From the NCBI GenBank assembly GCA_017503805.1, contig JAFVSJ010000007.1, positions 9,878-73,877 on the forward strand: a DNA stretch of 64,000 nt. The letters are read 5' to 3'. Under the pieces are notes generated by a model. The model was not told where the DNA came from and searched no databases. It worked only from the letters and a program-made list of their open reading frames with translations. Both the position numbers and the translations under genes were made by a program. The stretch's first letter is position 1. Every line of letters begins with the position of its first letter. This DNA is from Tidjanibacter sp. (GTDB taxonomy: Bacteria > Bacteroidota > Bacteroidia > Bacteroidales > Rikenellaceae). Below are positions 30,359 to 40,480 of the stretch, piece after piece.

Positions 30359-31768
30359 ATGAAACAGTTTAACGACGACAACTTCCTGTTGCAGACCGAA
30401 ACCGCTCAAAGGCTCTATCACGAGCACGCAGCCAAGATGCCCATCATCGACTATCACTGCCACCTCATCCCCGAGTATGTGGCAAGCGACCACAAGTTCG
30501 AAAACCTCTCGCGCATCTGGCTCGAGGGTGACCACTACAAGTGGAGAGCTATGCGCACAAATGGCGTAGACGAGCGCTACTGCACCGGCAAGGATACCAC
30601 CGACTGGGAAAAATTTGAGAAGTGGGCAGAGACCGTTCCCTACACTATGAGAAACCCACTCTATCATTGGACTCACTTGGAGCTCAAGACCGCTTTCGGA
30701 GTGAATAAACTCCTCAACCCCTCCACCGCACGCGAAATCTACGACCACTGCACCGCAATGTTGCAGACACCCGAAAGAACCGCACGCGGCCTGATGTTGC
30801 ACTACAACGTGGAGACCGTCTGCACCACCGACGACCCCGTAGACTCGCTCGAGCACCACATCAAAACCGCAGCCGACAACTTCGGTGTGAAGATGCTCCC
30901 CACTTGGAGGCCCGACAAGGCTATGGCCGTAGAGGTGCCTGCCGACTTCAAAGCCTACATCGACCGTCTGGCCGAGGTGAGCGGAGTGGAGATCAAATCG
31001 TTCGACGACGTATTGCAGGCCCTGCAGGTGCGCCACGACTTCTTTGAGAGCGTAGGTTGCCGACTCTCGGACCACGGCATCGAGGAGTTCTATGCCGAGG
31101 ACTACACCCACGCCGAGGTGGAGCGTCTCTTCCAGAAGGTCTATGGCGGCGAGGTGCTCACTCCCGAAGAGATTCGCAAGTATAAGACCGCAATGATGGT
31201 TGAGTTTGCAATTATGGACCACAAGAGCGGTTGGACCCAGCAGTTCCACTACGGCGCAATCCGCAACAACAACAGCCGTATGTTTGCACAGCTCGGCCCC
31301 GACACCGGTTTCGACTCCATCGGCGACTTCACCGTGGCCAAAAATATGTCCAAATTCTTCGATATGCTCGACCGAGAGGACAAACTCACCAAGACCATCA
31401 TCTACAACCTCAACCCACGCGACAACGAGATGATTGCCACTATGCTCGGTAACTTCCAGGATGGTCGCTACGGCGCAGGCAAGATTCAGTTCGGTAGCGG
31501 TTGGTGGTTCCTCGATCAGAAAGATGGTATGGAGAAGCAGATGAACGCACTCTCGTTGCTCGGCCTGCTCAGCCGCTTTGTGGGTATGCTCACCGACAGC
31601 CGCAGTTTCCTCTCCTATCCCCGTCACGAGTACTTCCGTCGCACCCTCTGCAACCTCCTCGGCAACGACGTAGAGCAGGGACTCCTGCCCGCCAGCGAGC
31701 TCGACTTCATCGGTAAGATGGTTGAGGATATCAGCTACAACAACGCAAAAAATTTCTTCAAATTCTAA
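30359..31768 (+). CDS. uxaC: Glucuronate/galacturonate isomerase
   Basis: PIIDYHCH, GDHYKWRAMR, GSGWWFLD and GMLTDSRSFLSYPRHEYFRR motifs. Confidence 0.97.
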   Translation: MKQFNDDNFLLQTETAQRLYHEHAAKMPIIDYHCHLIPEYVASDHKFENLSRIWLEGDHYKWRAMRTNGVDERYCTGKDTTDWEKFEKWAETVPYTMRNPLYHWTHLELKTAFGVNKLLNPSTAREIYDHCTAMLQTPERTARGLMLHYNVETVCTTDDPVDSLEHHIKTAADNFGVKMLPTWRPDKAMAVEVPADFKAYIDRLAEVSGVEIKSFDDVLQALQVRHDFFESVGCRLSDHGIEEFYAEDYTHAEVERLFQKVYGGEVLTPEEIRKYKTAMMVEFAIMDHKSGWTQQFHYGAIRNNNSRMFAQLGPDTGFDSIGDFTVAKNMSKFFDMLDREDKLTKTIIYNLNPRDNEMIATMLGNFQDGRYGAGKIQFGSGWWFLDQKDGMEKQMNALSLLGLLSRFVGMLTDSRSFLSYPRHEYFRRTLCNLLGNDVEQGLLPASELDFIGKMVEDISYNNAKNFFKF

Positions 31769-31789
31769 CCTCCAATAAAACCCAAAGCT

Positions 31790-33226
31790 ATGGAAATCAA
31801 GAAACTCAATAAGACCAACGTGGAGAAACCTGTTCTCCCAATCAAGATACTCCAATTCGGAGAGGGCAACTTCCTGCGTGCATTCGTAGATTGGCAGATA
31901 GACAAAGCCAATGAGGCCGGCGTGATGAACCACGGTGTGGCCATCGTGCAGCCCATCGACAAGGGTATGGCCGAGATGCTCGAGGGGCAGGATTGCCTCT
32001 ACCACGTCTATCTCGAGGGCGTGAAGGACAAACAGCCCGTCAAGGACATCCGTCTGGTCAAGAGTGTGCAGTGCGCCATCAACCCCTACACCGACTACGC
32101 AGCCTACGAGCAGATTTTCCTCTCGCCCGAGCTTGAGGCTACCGTCTCGAACACCACCGAGGCAGGCATCCGCTACGAAGAGGGAGACGACCTCTGGGCA
32201 CTTCCTCCAAAGAGCTACCCCGCAAAGATGACCGCTCTGCTCTACAAGCGTTTCAAACACTTCGAGGGCGACCCCACCAAGGGTCTCTGCATCATCTGCT
32301 GCGAGCTCATCGAGAACAACGGCTCCACCCTGAGGGAGTATGTACTCCGCCACGCCGAGTACAACAAACTCGGCGAGGACTTTATCGCTTGGGTAGAGAA
32401 CCACTGCCACTTCTGCGACACCCTCGTAGACCGCATCGTACCCGGCTTCCCCCGCGAGAACATCAATGAAATCAAAGCCGAGATAGGTTTCGACGACAAT
32501 CTGGTCGTTAAGGCCGAGTTCTACCACCTCTGGGCCATCGGTGGCCCCGGCTACGAGGAGGTACAGCGCAGGTTGCCTCTCGACAAGGCCGGTCTGCACG
32601 TAGTCTTTATGCCCACCATCAAGCAGTTCCGCGACAAGAAGGTGCGCATCCTCAACGGCTCTCACACCGGTATGGTACCCATCGGTCTGCAGATGGGCTG
32701 CGAGACAGTTATGGACGCATTCAACACCCCCGACCTCGAGAAATTTATCAACACAATGGTAGAGGAGGAGGTTATCCCTATGATTGAGGAGGATCAGGCC
32801 GAGCTCAAGGAGTTTGCAGCCGGCATTTTGGAGCGCTTCTACAACCCCTACATCCGTCATATGCTCAAGACCATCTCGCTCAACTCACTCAGCAAATGGG
32901 AGACCCGCAACTTCCCCACCGTACTCGACAATTGGAAAAAGGCAGGCAAGGTGGCCGAGAAAGAGATGTTCACCTTCGCAGCCCTGCTCACTCTCTACAG
33001 TGGCACCGTAGACTTCAATCCCGATGACACCGCCGAGCACGTAGAGTTCATCCGCAAGGTGTGGAACAACGACGACATCGACGCAACCGTCAAAGCTATC
33101 GTGGAGAATCGCAACATCTGGACCGTAGACCTCACCGAGGTTGAGCCCTTCGTAGAGAAGGCTGCAGGCTACGTGAAAGCCATCCTCGCCGATGGTATGG
33201 CAGCGGCCCTGAAAAAGATGTTGTAG
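31790..33226 (+). CDS. uxaB: Tagaturonate reductase
   Basis: LQFGEGNFLRAF, SNTTEAGI, TLVDRIVPG and KVRILNGSHT motifs. Confidence 0.95.
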   Translation: MEIKKLNKTNVEKPVLPIKILQFGEGNFLRAFVDWQIDKANEAGVMNHGVAIVQPIDKGMAEMLEGQDCLYHVYLEGVKDKQPVKDIRLVKSVQCAINPYTDYAAYEQIFLSPELEATVSNTTEAGIRYEEGDDLWALPPKSYPAKMTALLYKRFKHFEGDPTKGLCIICCELIENNGSTLREYVLRHAEYNKLGEDFIAWVENHCHFCDTLVDRIVPGFPRENINEIKAEIGFDDNLVVKAEFYHLWAIGGPGYEEVQRRLPLDKAGLHVVFMPTIKQFRDKKVRILNGSHTGMVPIGLQMGCETVMDAFNTPDLEKFINTMVEEEVIPMIEEDQAELKEFAAGILERFYNPYIRHMLKTISLNSLSKWETRNFPTVLDNWKKAGKVAEKEMFTFAALLTLYSGTVDFNPDDTAEHVEFIRKVWNNDDIDATVKAIVENRNIWTVDLTEVEPFVEKAAGYVKAILADGMAAALKKML

Positions 33227-33285
33227 AAACTGGCAGAGGGCAACCCAATGCCACAACAGATTAAGCAAAATTATTTGTGAGAGCT

Positions 33286-34773
33286 ATGAAACGCTATTTG
33301 AGAATCAACGAGGCAGACGATGTGGCCATCGCTCTCGACGACCTTGCCGCCGGTGAGGTCATCGAGGTGGGAGGCTGCAGCGTCACCCTCGCAGAGAATA
33401 TCGACAAGGGACACAAAGTGGCTCTGAAAGATATTGCCGAGGGGGAGAATGTCATCAAGTATGGCTACCCCATCGGCCACGCCACACGCCCCATCAAGCA
33501 GGGTGAGTGGATCCACTCCCACAATATCCGCACCAATCTCTCCGATGAGATTGAGTACACCTACGAGCCCAAAATAGCCCCGAAAATCCACCCTGCCGAT
33601 GAGCGCAAGGTGATGGGATATGAGAGGAAAAATGGTGATATGGGCATCCGTAACGAGTTGTGGATTATCCCCACGGTGGGCTGTGTCAACGGTCAGGCCG
33701 AGGCCATAGCCAAGCGCATCCGCGAGGAGGAGGATTGTTCGCACCTCGACGATGTGAGGGTATATACCCACCCCTATGGTTGTTCGCAACTCGGTGACGA
33801 CCACCGTAATACGCGCAAAGCACTCGCCGCTATGGTACACCATCCCAACGCAGGTGCCATCCTCGTATTGGGACTCGGTTGCGAGAACAATCAAGTATCG
33901 GAATTCAAGAAAGAGATTGGCACTTGGGACGAGGAAAGAGTGAAATTTATCGTAGCCCAAGAGGTTGACGATGAGGTGGAAGAGGGTGTGAAAGTATGCC
34001 GCGAGCTGGTGGCAATTACCCGCAGCGACAAGCGCACTCCGCAGCCCCTCTCGAAGCTCAAAATAGGACTCAAATGCGGTGGTAGCGATGGTTTTTCGGG
34101 CATCACCGCCAACCCTCTTGTGGGCCTCTTCTCCGACTGGCTCATCTCGCAGGGAGGTACGACCATCCTCACCGAGGTACCCGAGATGTTCGGTGCCGAG
34201 ACCATACTTATGGACCGAGCCGCAAACAAAGCTATCTTCGATGAGACCGTTTGCCTCATCAACGACTTCAAGAACTACTTCAAGAGCTACAACCAGCCTA
34301 TCTACGAGAACCCCTCACCGGGCAACAAGAAAGGCGGTATCACTACCCTTGAGGAGAAGTCGCTCGGATGTGTGCAGAAGGGTGGCGCCGGCACAGTTGT
34401 GGATGTACTCTCTTACACCGACCCTGTCGTTAAGCAAGGACTGAACCTGCTCCAAGCACCCGGCAACGACCTCGTGGCCTCCTCGGCACTTGCACTGAGC
34501 GGCTGCCAGATGGTACTCTTCACTACGGGTAGGGGTACCCCATTCGGCAGTTTCGTTCCCACAATGAAAATCTCCACCAACACAAGGCTCTATGAGTTCA
34601 AGAAAGGTTGGATAGATTTCAACGCCGGCACCCTCGTGGAAGATGAGGAGCCCGAGGCTCTCTTGGCCCGTTTCGTGGACAAAATCCTCGCCACTGCCAA
34701 CGGCGAACTACTCAAACACGAAATCACAGGCTTCAAAGAGGTAGCTATTTTCAAGACAGGTGTAACCCTCTAA
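33286..34773 (+). CDS. uxaA: Altronate dehydratase
   Basis: SAF domain, HPYGCSQLGDD, KCGGSDGFSG and FTTGRGTPFG motifs. Confidence 0.95.
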   Translation: MKRYLRINEADDVAIALDDLAAGEVIEVGGCSVTLAENIDKGHKVALKDIAEGENVIKYGYPIGHATRPIKQGEWIHSHNIRTNLSDEIEYTYEPKIAPKIHPADERKVMGYERKNGDMGIRNELWIIPTVGCVNGQAEAIAKRIREEEDCSHLDDVRVYTHPYGCSQLGDDHRNTRKALAAMVHHPNAGAILVLGLGCENNQVSEFKKEIGTWDEERVKFIVAQEVDDEVEEGVKVCRELVAITRSDKRTPQPLSKLKIGLKCGGSDGFSGITANPLVGLFSDWLISQGGTTILTEVPEMFGAETILMDRAANKAIFDETVCLINDFKNYFKSYNQPIYENPSPGNKKGGITTLEEKSLGCVQKGGAGTVVDVLSYTDPVVKQGLNLLQAPGNDLVASSALALSGCQMVLFTTGRGTPFGSFVPTMKISTNTRLYEFKKGWIDFNAGTLVEDEEPEALLARFVDKILATANGELLKHEITGFKEVAIFKTGVTL

Positions 34774-34786
34774 ACCGCACACAAAA

Positions 34787-36385
34787 TTGAGACGCAAATC
34801 ACTCCTATTCTGCGCAATATTCACCCTCTGTGCCCTCTCCGCGGGGGCGCAAGGGGTGAGTTCCGTCTGGGTGGCCGACCAAGGTAACGGCACCTACCGC
34901 AACCCCATACTACACGCCGACTACTCCGACCCCGACATCATCCGTGTGGGCGACGACTATTGGATGACCTCCTCGTCGTTTGACTGTCTACCTGCACTTC
35001 AGATTCTCCACTCGACCGACTTGGTCAATTGGCAGTTGGCCGGAGCTGTCCGCTCCTACCGCCCCAAAGGTGTGCAGGAGCAGCACGGCAACGGAGTGTG
35101 GGCACCCTCAATCCGCCATCACAATGGTCGCTACTACATCTATTGGGGCGACCCCGATGTTGGCATCTATATGGTTGAGAGTGAGGACCCGAGAGGTGAA
35201 TGGAGCGAGCCCCATCTGGTGGAGGCAGGGGTGGGAATGATAGACCCTTGTCCGCTTTGGGATGACGATGGCAAAGCCTACCTCGTGCACTCTTGGGCCG
35301 GCTCAAGAGCAGGATTCAAGAGTATTCTCTCGGCCAGCGAGATGGCACCCGACGGCAAAAGCCTCATAGGTCCCGATGTGCTCATATACGATGGTCACGC
35401 CGAAAACCCCACCATCGAAGGGCCCAAATTCTACAAACGCAATGGTTGGTACTACATCTTCGCACCCGCAGGAGGTGTGAAGGAGGGTTGGCAACTCGTT
35501 ATGCGTTCACGCGAGCCGCTGGGTAAATATGAGTGGCGCAAGGTGCTCCACCAAGGCAACACATCCATCCACGGCCCACATCAGGGCGGTTGGGTTACCG
35601 ATGCGGCAGGCGACAGTTGGTTTGTCCACTTTGAAGACCGCTATGCCTACGGACGTGTAGTCCATCTGCAACCTATGGAGTGGCAGAGTGATGGCTGGTG
35701 CACAATGGGTGTAGACACCAACAACGACGGCATAGGCGAGCCCGTCACCACCTATCGCAAGCCCTACACAACACGCCCAATGAAGCCCACAACACCAAGC
35801 GAAGGTGACGAGTTCACCTCCCCCGCCCTCGGTCTGCAATGGCAGTGGTTTGGCAATCCCGAACGCAGTTGGGCGATGGTGTCCCCCGAGGGCTACCTGA
35901 GGCTCTACTGCAAGCCCTACACCAATCTATGGGAGGCCAAAAATATTCTCTCGCAGAAGATCACAGCACCCAGGGAGGTGGTTACGGCCAAAGTTCGTTT
36001 CACCGCAGGTGTGGATGGCGACCGCGCAGGCCTCATCATCCACGGCAGAGACATAGCCACCCTCGCTTTTGTACACAAAGATGGCAAGCTGATGCTCCGT
36101 CAGACCGAGTGCTACGGTGCCGAGAAAGGTGCCGAGGAGGTTATCGTAGGCGAGATGGAGTGGGAGAATGGCAAGGAGTTGTTGCTGCGAGTGGAGATTT
36201 CGGATGGGGCAATGTGCAGCTTCTCCATAGCCGAGAGTGGCAAGGCTTTCCGCACCATAGGCAAACCCTTCCGCGCCAAGGAGGGTAAGTGGATAGGTGC
36301 CAAGTTTGGACTCTTTGCGGTGACCACAGGCAAGACCAACGACGGCGGCCGAATGGATGTTGACTGGGTGAGAGTAACCAAATAG
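34787..36385 (+). CDS. GH43 glycoside hydrolase (xylosidase/arabinosidase-like)
   Basis: NPILHADYSDPD, WAPSI, IDPCP, IEGPK and HQGG motifs; TTG start followed by a signal peptide. Confidence 0.9.
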   Translation: MRRKSLLFCAIFTLCALSAGAQGVSSVWVADQGNGTYRNPILHADYSDPDIIRVGDDYWMTSSSFDCLPALQILHSTDLVNWQLAGAVRSYRPKGVQEQHGNGVWAPSIRHHNGRYYIYWGDPDVGIYMVESEDPRGEWSEPHLVEAGVGMIDPCPLWDDDGKAYLVHSWAGSRAGFKSILSASEMAPDGKSLIGPDVLIYDGHAENPTIEGPKFYKRNGWYYIFAPAGGVKEGWQLVMRSREPLGKYEWRKVLHQGNTSIHGPHQGGWVTDAAGDSWFVHFEDRYAYGRVVHLQPMEWQSDGWCTMGVDTNNDGIGEPVTTYRKPYTTRPMKPTTPSEGDEFTSPALGLQWQWFGNPERSWAMVSPEGYLRLYCKPYTNLWEAKNILSQKITAPREVVTAKVRFTAGVDGDRAGLIIHGRDIATLAFVHKDGKLMLRQTECYGAEKGAEEVIVGEMEWENGKELLLRVEISDGAMCSFSIAESGKAFRTIGKPFRAKEGKWIGAKFGLFAVTTGKTNDGGRMDVDWVRVTK

Positions 36386-36403
36386 AGCACCCACAATTCA
36401 CAA

Positions 36404-36441
36404 CAAAGCCCCCTTCCAACTTGTATTGGAAGGGGGTTTTG
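36404..36441. terminator. Bidirectional terminator
   Basis: caaagcccccttccaa...ttggaagggggttttg between convergent genes. Confidence 0.8.
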
Positions 36442-36457
36442 CTATGAAAAAATATGC

Positions 36458-37645
36458 TTAGTCCCAGGGAAATGCAGCGAGAAAGACCTCTTTGCCGGCG
36501 AGTTTATCCTTGACCGCCACCAAATCGGCAAGTCGCACATCTCCAACAATATAACTCCACTCAGGAGAGCTATAACGTTCACGTACCTTGGTGAAGTGAA
36601 TGAGCGTGGAGTCCTCCTCGGTGCGGTAGCGGTAGTAGATGCGGTGGACCACATCCTCGGTGTGGTGTACGGGATTGGCACTCTGCATACGTTTATATTC
36701 GTAGCTATAGTCGTAGCGACAAGCTGTGATATCGCTCAGTACAGCGGCACCCGTCGGGTGACCACCTGCACCGCGTCCGAACATAAACTGCTTGTAGTAG
36801 TAGCGCCCCTTGATGACCACGCCATTGAACTCATCCTCTACGCTATAGATATACTTATTGCGCGAGATGAGTTGTGGAACAACCCACAGATATACTCCTC
36901 CACCCTCGAGCTTTTCGACGTGGCCCACGAGTTTGATGCGTCGCTGTTTCTCCACCGCAAATCGAATGTCGGCCTCGTTCATCGTGGAGATGCCATAGCG
37001 AAAGACCTTCTCGGGAGCCACATAGATGCCAAAGGCGTGGATGGTGAGGATGACCAACTTGAAGAGCGAGTCCCAACCATCGAAGTCGAGTGAGGGGTCA
37101 CTCTCTGCAAAGCCCAACTCCTGCGCAAGTCGGAGTGCGGGTGCATACTCCATATTCTCGTTGAAAATCTTGGAGAGGACAAAGTTACTCGAGCCATTGA
37201 GAATACCCTTCACTGAGACAAGTAGGTCGTTGTCGTAGTACTCCTCGAGATTGCGAATGACGGGGATGCTGCCACAAGCCGAAGCATCGTAGAGCAACGG
37301 TGTGGACATCTGGCGACCAAGCTCTATGAGTTCGGGCAGATGGTAGGCGAGCATCTTCTTGTTGCCACTCACCACAGGAAGTCGATTCTCAAGTGCGCGT
37401 CGCACGATGGTGTAGGCAGCCTCGGCATCGTCTATGAGTTCGACAATCATATTTATCTCGCTATCGGAGAAGATATCGTCGGCCGAGTCGGTAAAATCGG
37501 CCTCCACTCCCCTATCCTTGTGTATGTTGCGCACACAGATACGCTTGATATGTATATCGTTGCTTTCGACTGCTCCGAGCACGTCGTAGAGTCCTCGGCC
37601 AACACTGCCGAAGCCAAAAAGTCCTATGTTTATCGTTTTTTTCAT
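36458..37645 (-). CDS. hom: Homoserine dehydrogenase
   Basis: GFGSVG, VVSGNK, YDASACGSIP, GILNGSSN, GFAESDP and GRGAG motifs. Confidence 0.92.
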   Translation of the reverse strand: MKKTINIGLFGFGSVGRGLYDVLGAVESNDIHIKRICVRNIHKDRGVEADFTDSADDIFSDSEINMIVELIDDAEAAYTIVRRALENRLPVVSGNKKMLAYHLPELIELGRQMSTPLLYDASACGSIPVIRNLEEYYDNDLLVSVKGILNGSSNFVLSKIFNENMEYAPALRLAQELGFAESDPSLDFDGWDSLFKLVILTIHAFGIYVAPEKVFRYGISTMNEADIRFAVEKQRRIKLVGHVEKLEGGGVYLWVVPQLISRNKYIYSVEDEFNGVVIKGRYYYKQFMFGRGAGGHPTGAAVLSDITACRYDYSYEYKRMQSANPVHHTEDVVHRIYYRYRTEEDSTLIHFTKVRERYSSPEWSYIVGDVRLADLVAVKDKLAGKEVFLAAFPWD

Positions 37646-37657
37646 CTCGTCTTTATC

Positions 37658-38665
37658 TTAACTATTCATAAACTCCTTGATAATCTCATCGAGTTGTTCG
37701 TACTCAACCAAAAAGCCATCGTGACCAAAGGGAGAGTCGATGAGTCTATACTCCACCGAAGGGATATTCTCCACCATAACGACGTGGTCCGATGGGGGGA
37801 AAAGAATATCGCTCGTGATGGCCACTACAAGTGTCTTGGCCTCGATAGTTCGCAATACCTCCTCCACCGAACCACGTGAGCGAGCAATGTTGTGGGAGTC
37901 GACAGCCTCGGTCAGGCGGTAGTAGCAGTTAGCATCGAATCGTCGACGCAGTTTCTCCCCCTGGTGTTGCTGGTAAGTCGTAGCGCGGAAACCTCGGAGT
38001 TTCTCACCATCGGGGTCGGTCTGGGTGGCATTGTAGGCCTCGGCACCACGGTAGCTCAGGAGGGCGATGCTGCGAGCTACGGCCATACCCGCTGCGCCCG
38101 CATCGGGACTGTCGGTGTGGAACGTGGCATCGGCCTCGATGGCCATACGTTGCGACTCATTGAAAGCAATTGCCCAAGCCGACGAACGAGTGCAGGTGGC
38201 AATGAGTGCCACACGGCGTGCAAACCCGGGGGCAGCAATAGCCCACTCCATAGCCTGAAAACCGCCTATCGAACTGCCAATGAGCAGTTCCACCCTCTCT
38301 ATGCCCAACCTCTCGGCCAATCGGCTGTGTACGGCTACCATATCTCTCACCGTAATTGTGGGAAACTCGGCACCATAGCGTCTACCCGTAGCGGGATTGA
38401 TAGTCACAGGAGAGGTCGTACCATAAGGCGAGCCAAGGAAGCAAGCGCAGACCACAAACCACTTCTCCGGGTCGAGAAATCTACCCTGTTCCACCGTATG
38501 GGGCCACCACTCGGCCACTCGACTATCTGCCGTCAGTGCGTGGCACACCCAGATGACATTATCCTTGGCAGGCGAAAGGGTGCCATAGGTGGTGTACTCC
38601 ACCTCCACCGAAGGCAGCACCTCTCCACACTCAAGTTCCAAAGGCTCAACAAAAAATTCTCTCAT
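37658..38665 (-). CDS. metX: Homoserine O-acetyltransferase
   Basis: CHALT, GSSIGG nucleophile elbow, SDILFP and GHDGFL. Confidence 0.92.
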   Translation of the reverse strand: MREFFVEPLELECGEVLPSVEVEYTTYGTLSPAKDNVIWVCHALTADSRVAEWWPHTVEQGRFLDPEKWFVVCACFLGSPYGTTSPVTINPATGRRYGAEFPTITVRDMVAVHSRLAERLGIERVELLIGSSIGGFQAMEWAIAAPGFARRVALIATCTRSSAWAIAFNESQRMAIEADATFHTDSPDAGAAGMAVARSIALLSYRGAEAYNATQTDPDGEKLRGFRATTYQQHQGEKLRRRFDANCYYRLTEAVDSHNIARSRGSVEEVLRTIEAKTLVVAITSDILFPPSDHVVMVENIPSVEYRLIDSPFGHDGFLVEYEQLDEIIKEFMNS

Positions 38666-38685
38666 ATCTATCTCCTCTCCCCTCT

Positions 38686-39972
38686 TTAATCACCAAAAGC
38701 GACCTCAAAGGCCTGTTCGAAGTCGGCAATTATATCCTCCACATTCTCCAGTCCGGCCGAGATGCGCAGCAGCGTAGGCGAGACACCTGCCGAGCGCTGT
38801 TCCTCCTCGGAGAGCTGTTTGTGGGTAGTCGAGGCGGGGTGAGTTACAACCGTGATGGAATCGCCAATCATTGTCATATGCACAACAAGTTTGAGCGCCT
38901 CCACAAACCTCACCGTAGTCTCGAGGTCCCCCTCAAGCACCACCGAAAGGACACCCGACGAGCCATAGCGGAAATAGCGCTGCGCATTGGCATAGGAGGG
39001 ATGGTTGTCGAAGCCAACCCACTGCACCTCCCTCACTCTCGGGTGGGCGCTAAAGTAGTTGGCCAAAGTAGCTGTACTCTCCACCTCGTGGCGAGTACGC
39101 AGAGCGAGAGTCTGGAGTCCGAGTTGCATCAGGTAGGAGTCAAAGGCCGAAGGCGAGCAGCCCAAGTCACGCAGAGCATCCACACGGCACTTTACGATGA
39201 AGGCCATCTTACCAAAGGCCTCGGCCAGCACCAAACCGTGGTAGCCCTCCGAAGGGCCGCAGAGCTCCTCAAACTTGCCGTTGGTCCAGTCATAGCTGCC
39301 CGCATCCACAATGATACCACCCATTGCTGTGCCGTGGCCATTAATCCACTTGGTGGCACTCTCCACCACGATATCGGCACCGTGGTCGATAGGTCGACAA
39401 AGGTAGCCGCAAGCACCGAAAGTATTATCCACCACGAAGGGGATATCCCACCTATGGGCCAACTCCGCAAGCGCATCCAAATCGGGTACCGAACAAGCCG
39501 GATTACTCATCGACTCCACATATATAGCCTTCGTATTCCCGTCTATGAGGCGCTCAAAAGCCTCTACCGAATCGTTCTCCGCACGGCGACACTCAATGCC
39601 CATCTTACGGAACGTAATCTTGAATTGATTGAAGGTGCCGCCATAGAGAAGCGGAGCCGCAACAATATTATCTCCGGCCTTGCAGAGAGATGTCATCACC
39701 ACAAGTTGTGCCGACATACCCGAGGCTACTGCCAGCGCACCAACACCCCCTTCGAGTGCAGCCACACGCTCTTCGTAGGCCGATGTAGTGGGGTTTTGCA
39801 GTCGGGTGTAGATATTGCCTATCTCTTTGAGGTTGAACAGGTCGGCAGCATATTCGCACGAAGGAAATTCGTAGGCTGCAGTAGGATAGATAGCAGCGCC
39901 ACGGGAGTAGGTAGCATCGCGATGTCGGCCTGCGTGTATCTGCAAGGTTTCGAAATGGAGTTTGTCATTCAT
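38686..39972 (-). CDS. metY: O-acetylhomoserine sulfhydrylase
   Basis: GNIYTRLQNPT, VVDNTF, PLP lysine in SATKW, and HPASTTH. Confidence 0.93.
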   Translation of the reverse strand: MNDKLHFETLQIHAGRHRDATYSRGAAIYPTAAYEFPSCEYAADLFNLKEIGNIYTRLQNPTTSAYEERVAALEGGVGALAVASGMSAQLVVMTSLCKAGDNIVAAPLLYGGTFNQFKITFRKMGIECRRAENDSVEAFERLIDGNTKAIYVESMSNPACSVPDLDALAELAHRWDIPFVVDNTFGACGYLCRPIDHGADIVVESATKWINGHGTAMGGIIVDAGSYDWTNGKFEELCGPSEGYHGLVLAEAFGKMAFIVKCRVDALRDLGCSPSAFDSYLMQLGLQTLALRTRHEVESTATLANYFSAHPRVREVQWVGFDNHPSYANAQRYFRYGSSGVLSVVLEGDLETTVRFVEALKLVVHMTMIGDSITVVTHPASTTHKQLSEEEQRSAGVSPTLLRISAGLENVEDIIADFEQAFEVAFGD

Positions 39973-40179
39973 AGTCTATAAGTATTAAATCATTATCCAA
40001 TCAGTTGTCAAGCGGTACAGAATTAGCCCGCTCTTAATTTGCCCACATCGGACTCCACGCAGTTATCTCGCGCCGAGCAATAGTAGGCGAATTAATAAAA
40101 AATCTTAAAAACTCTTTAAGGTAGATTTGGTAGAAGCGCCACAGAGTGTGGCAGCGGAGTACGTAGCCCCGACAGTAGG

Positions 40180-40275
40180 TTAGAAGCGTGCCGCAAGGCA
40201 CATTCGCATATCCATAGCCACGCTACCTACGGTGGCAGCGAGCATCAAAGAAGCCATATTGAATGAAGCGTTCAT
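40180..40275 (-). CDS. Putative Met-rich leader peptide MNASFNMASLMLAATVGSVAMDMRMCLAARF (31 aa)
   Basis: Manual translation gives 6 Met and 1 Cys; it lies between a TATCTTTG promoter and metY. Confidence 0.65.
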   Translation of the reverse strand: MNASFNMASLMLAATVGSVAMDMRMCLAARF

Positions 40276-40301
40276 CTGTCGGTCTATGGATTAACTCTCC
40301 A

Positions 40302-40309
40302 CAAAGATA
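40302..40309 (-). promoter_or_regulatory. -7 promoter element of the met operon
   Basis: caaagata reads TATCTTTG on the minus strand; a divergent TACCTTTG at 40394-40401 serves the hydrogenase. Confidence 0.65.
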
Positions 40310-40480
40310 ATGCATTGCAACGAAAAATGCAACAATCCACCGCAATAAACAACTTTTCATTACAAAGGTTGTTTGAGTCTATGGAAAAAAGATTACCTTT
40401 GCGGAAGAATACACCAAACTATCTAACCCGCACACACAAAACAAACGATAACCCAAACCTTTGCAACACTCCATAAGATT

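Noticed and set aside
39973-40180. Canonical SAM riboswitch or T-box before metY
   Set aside because: The consensus cores could not be matched by eye; kept only as an unnamed structured element.
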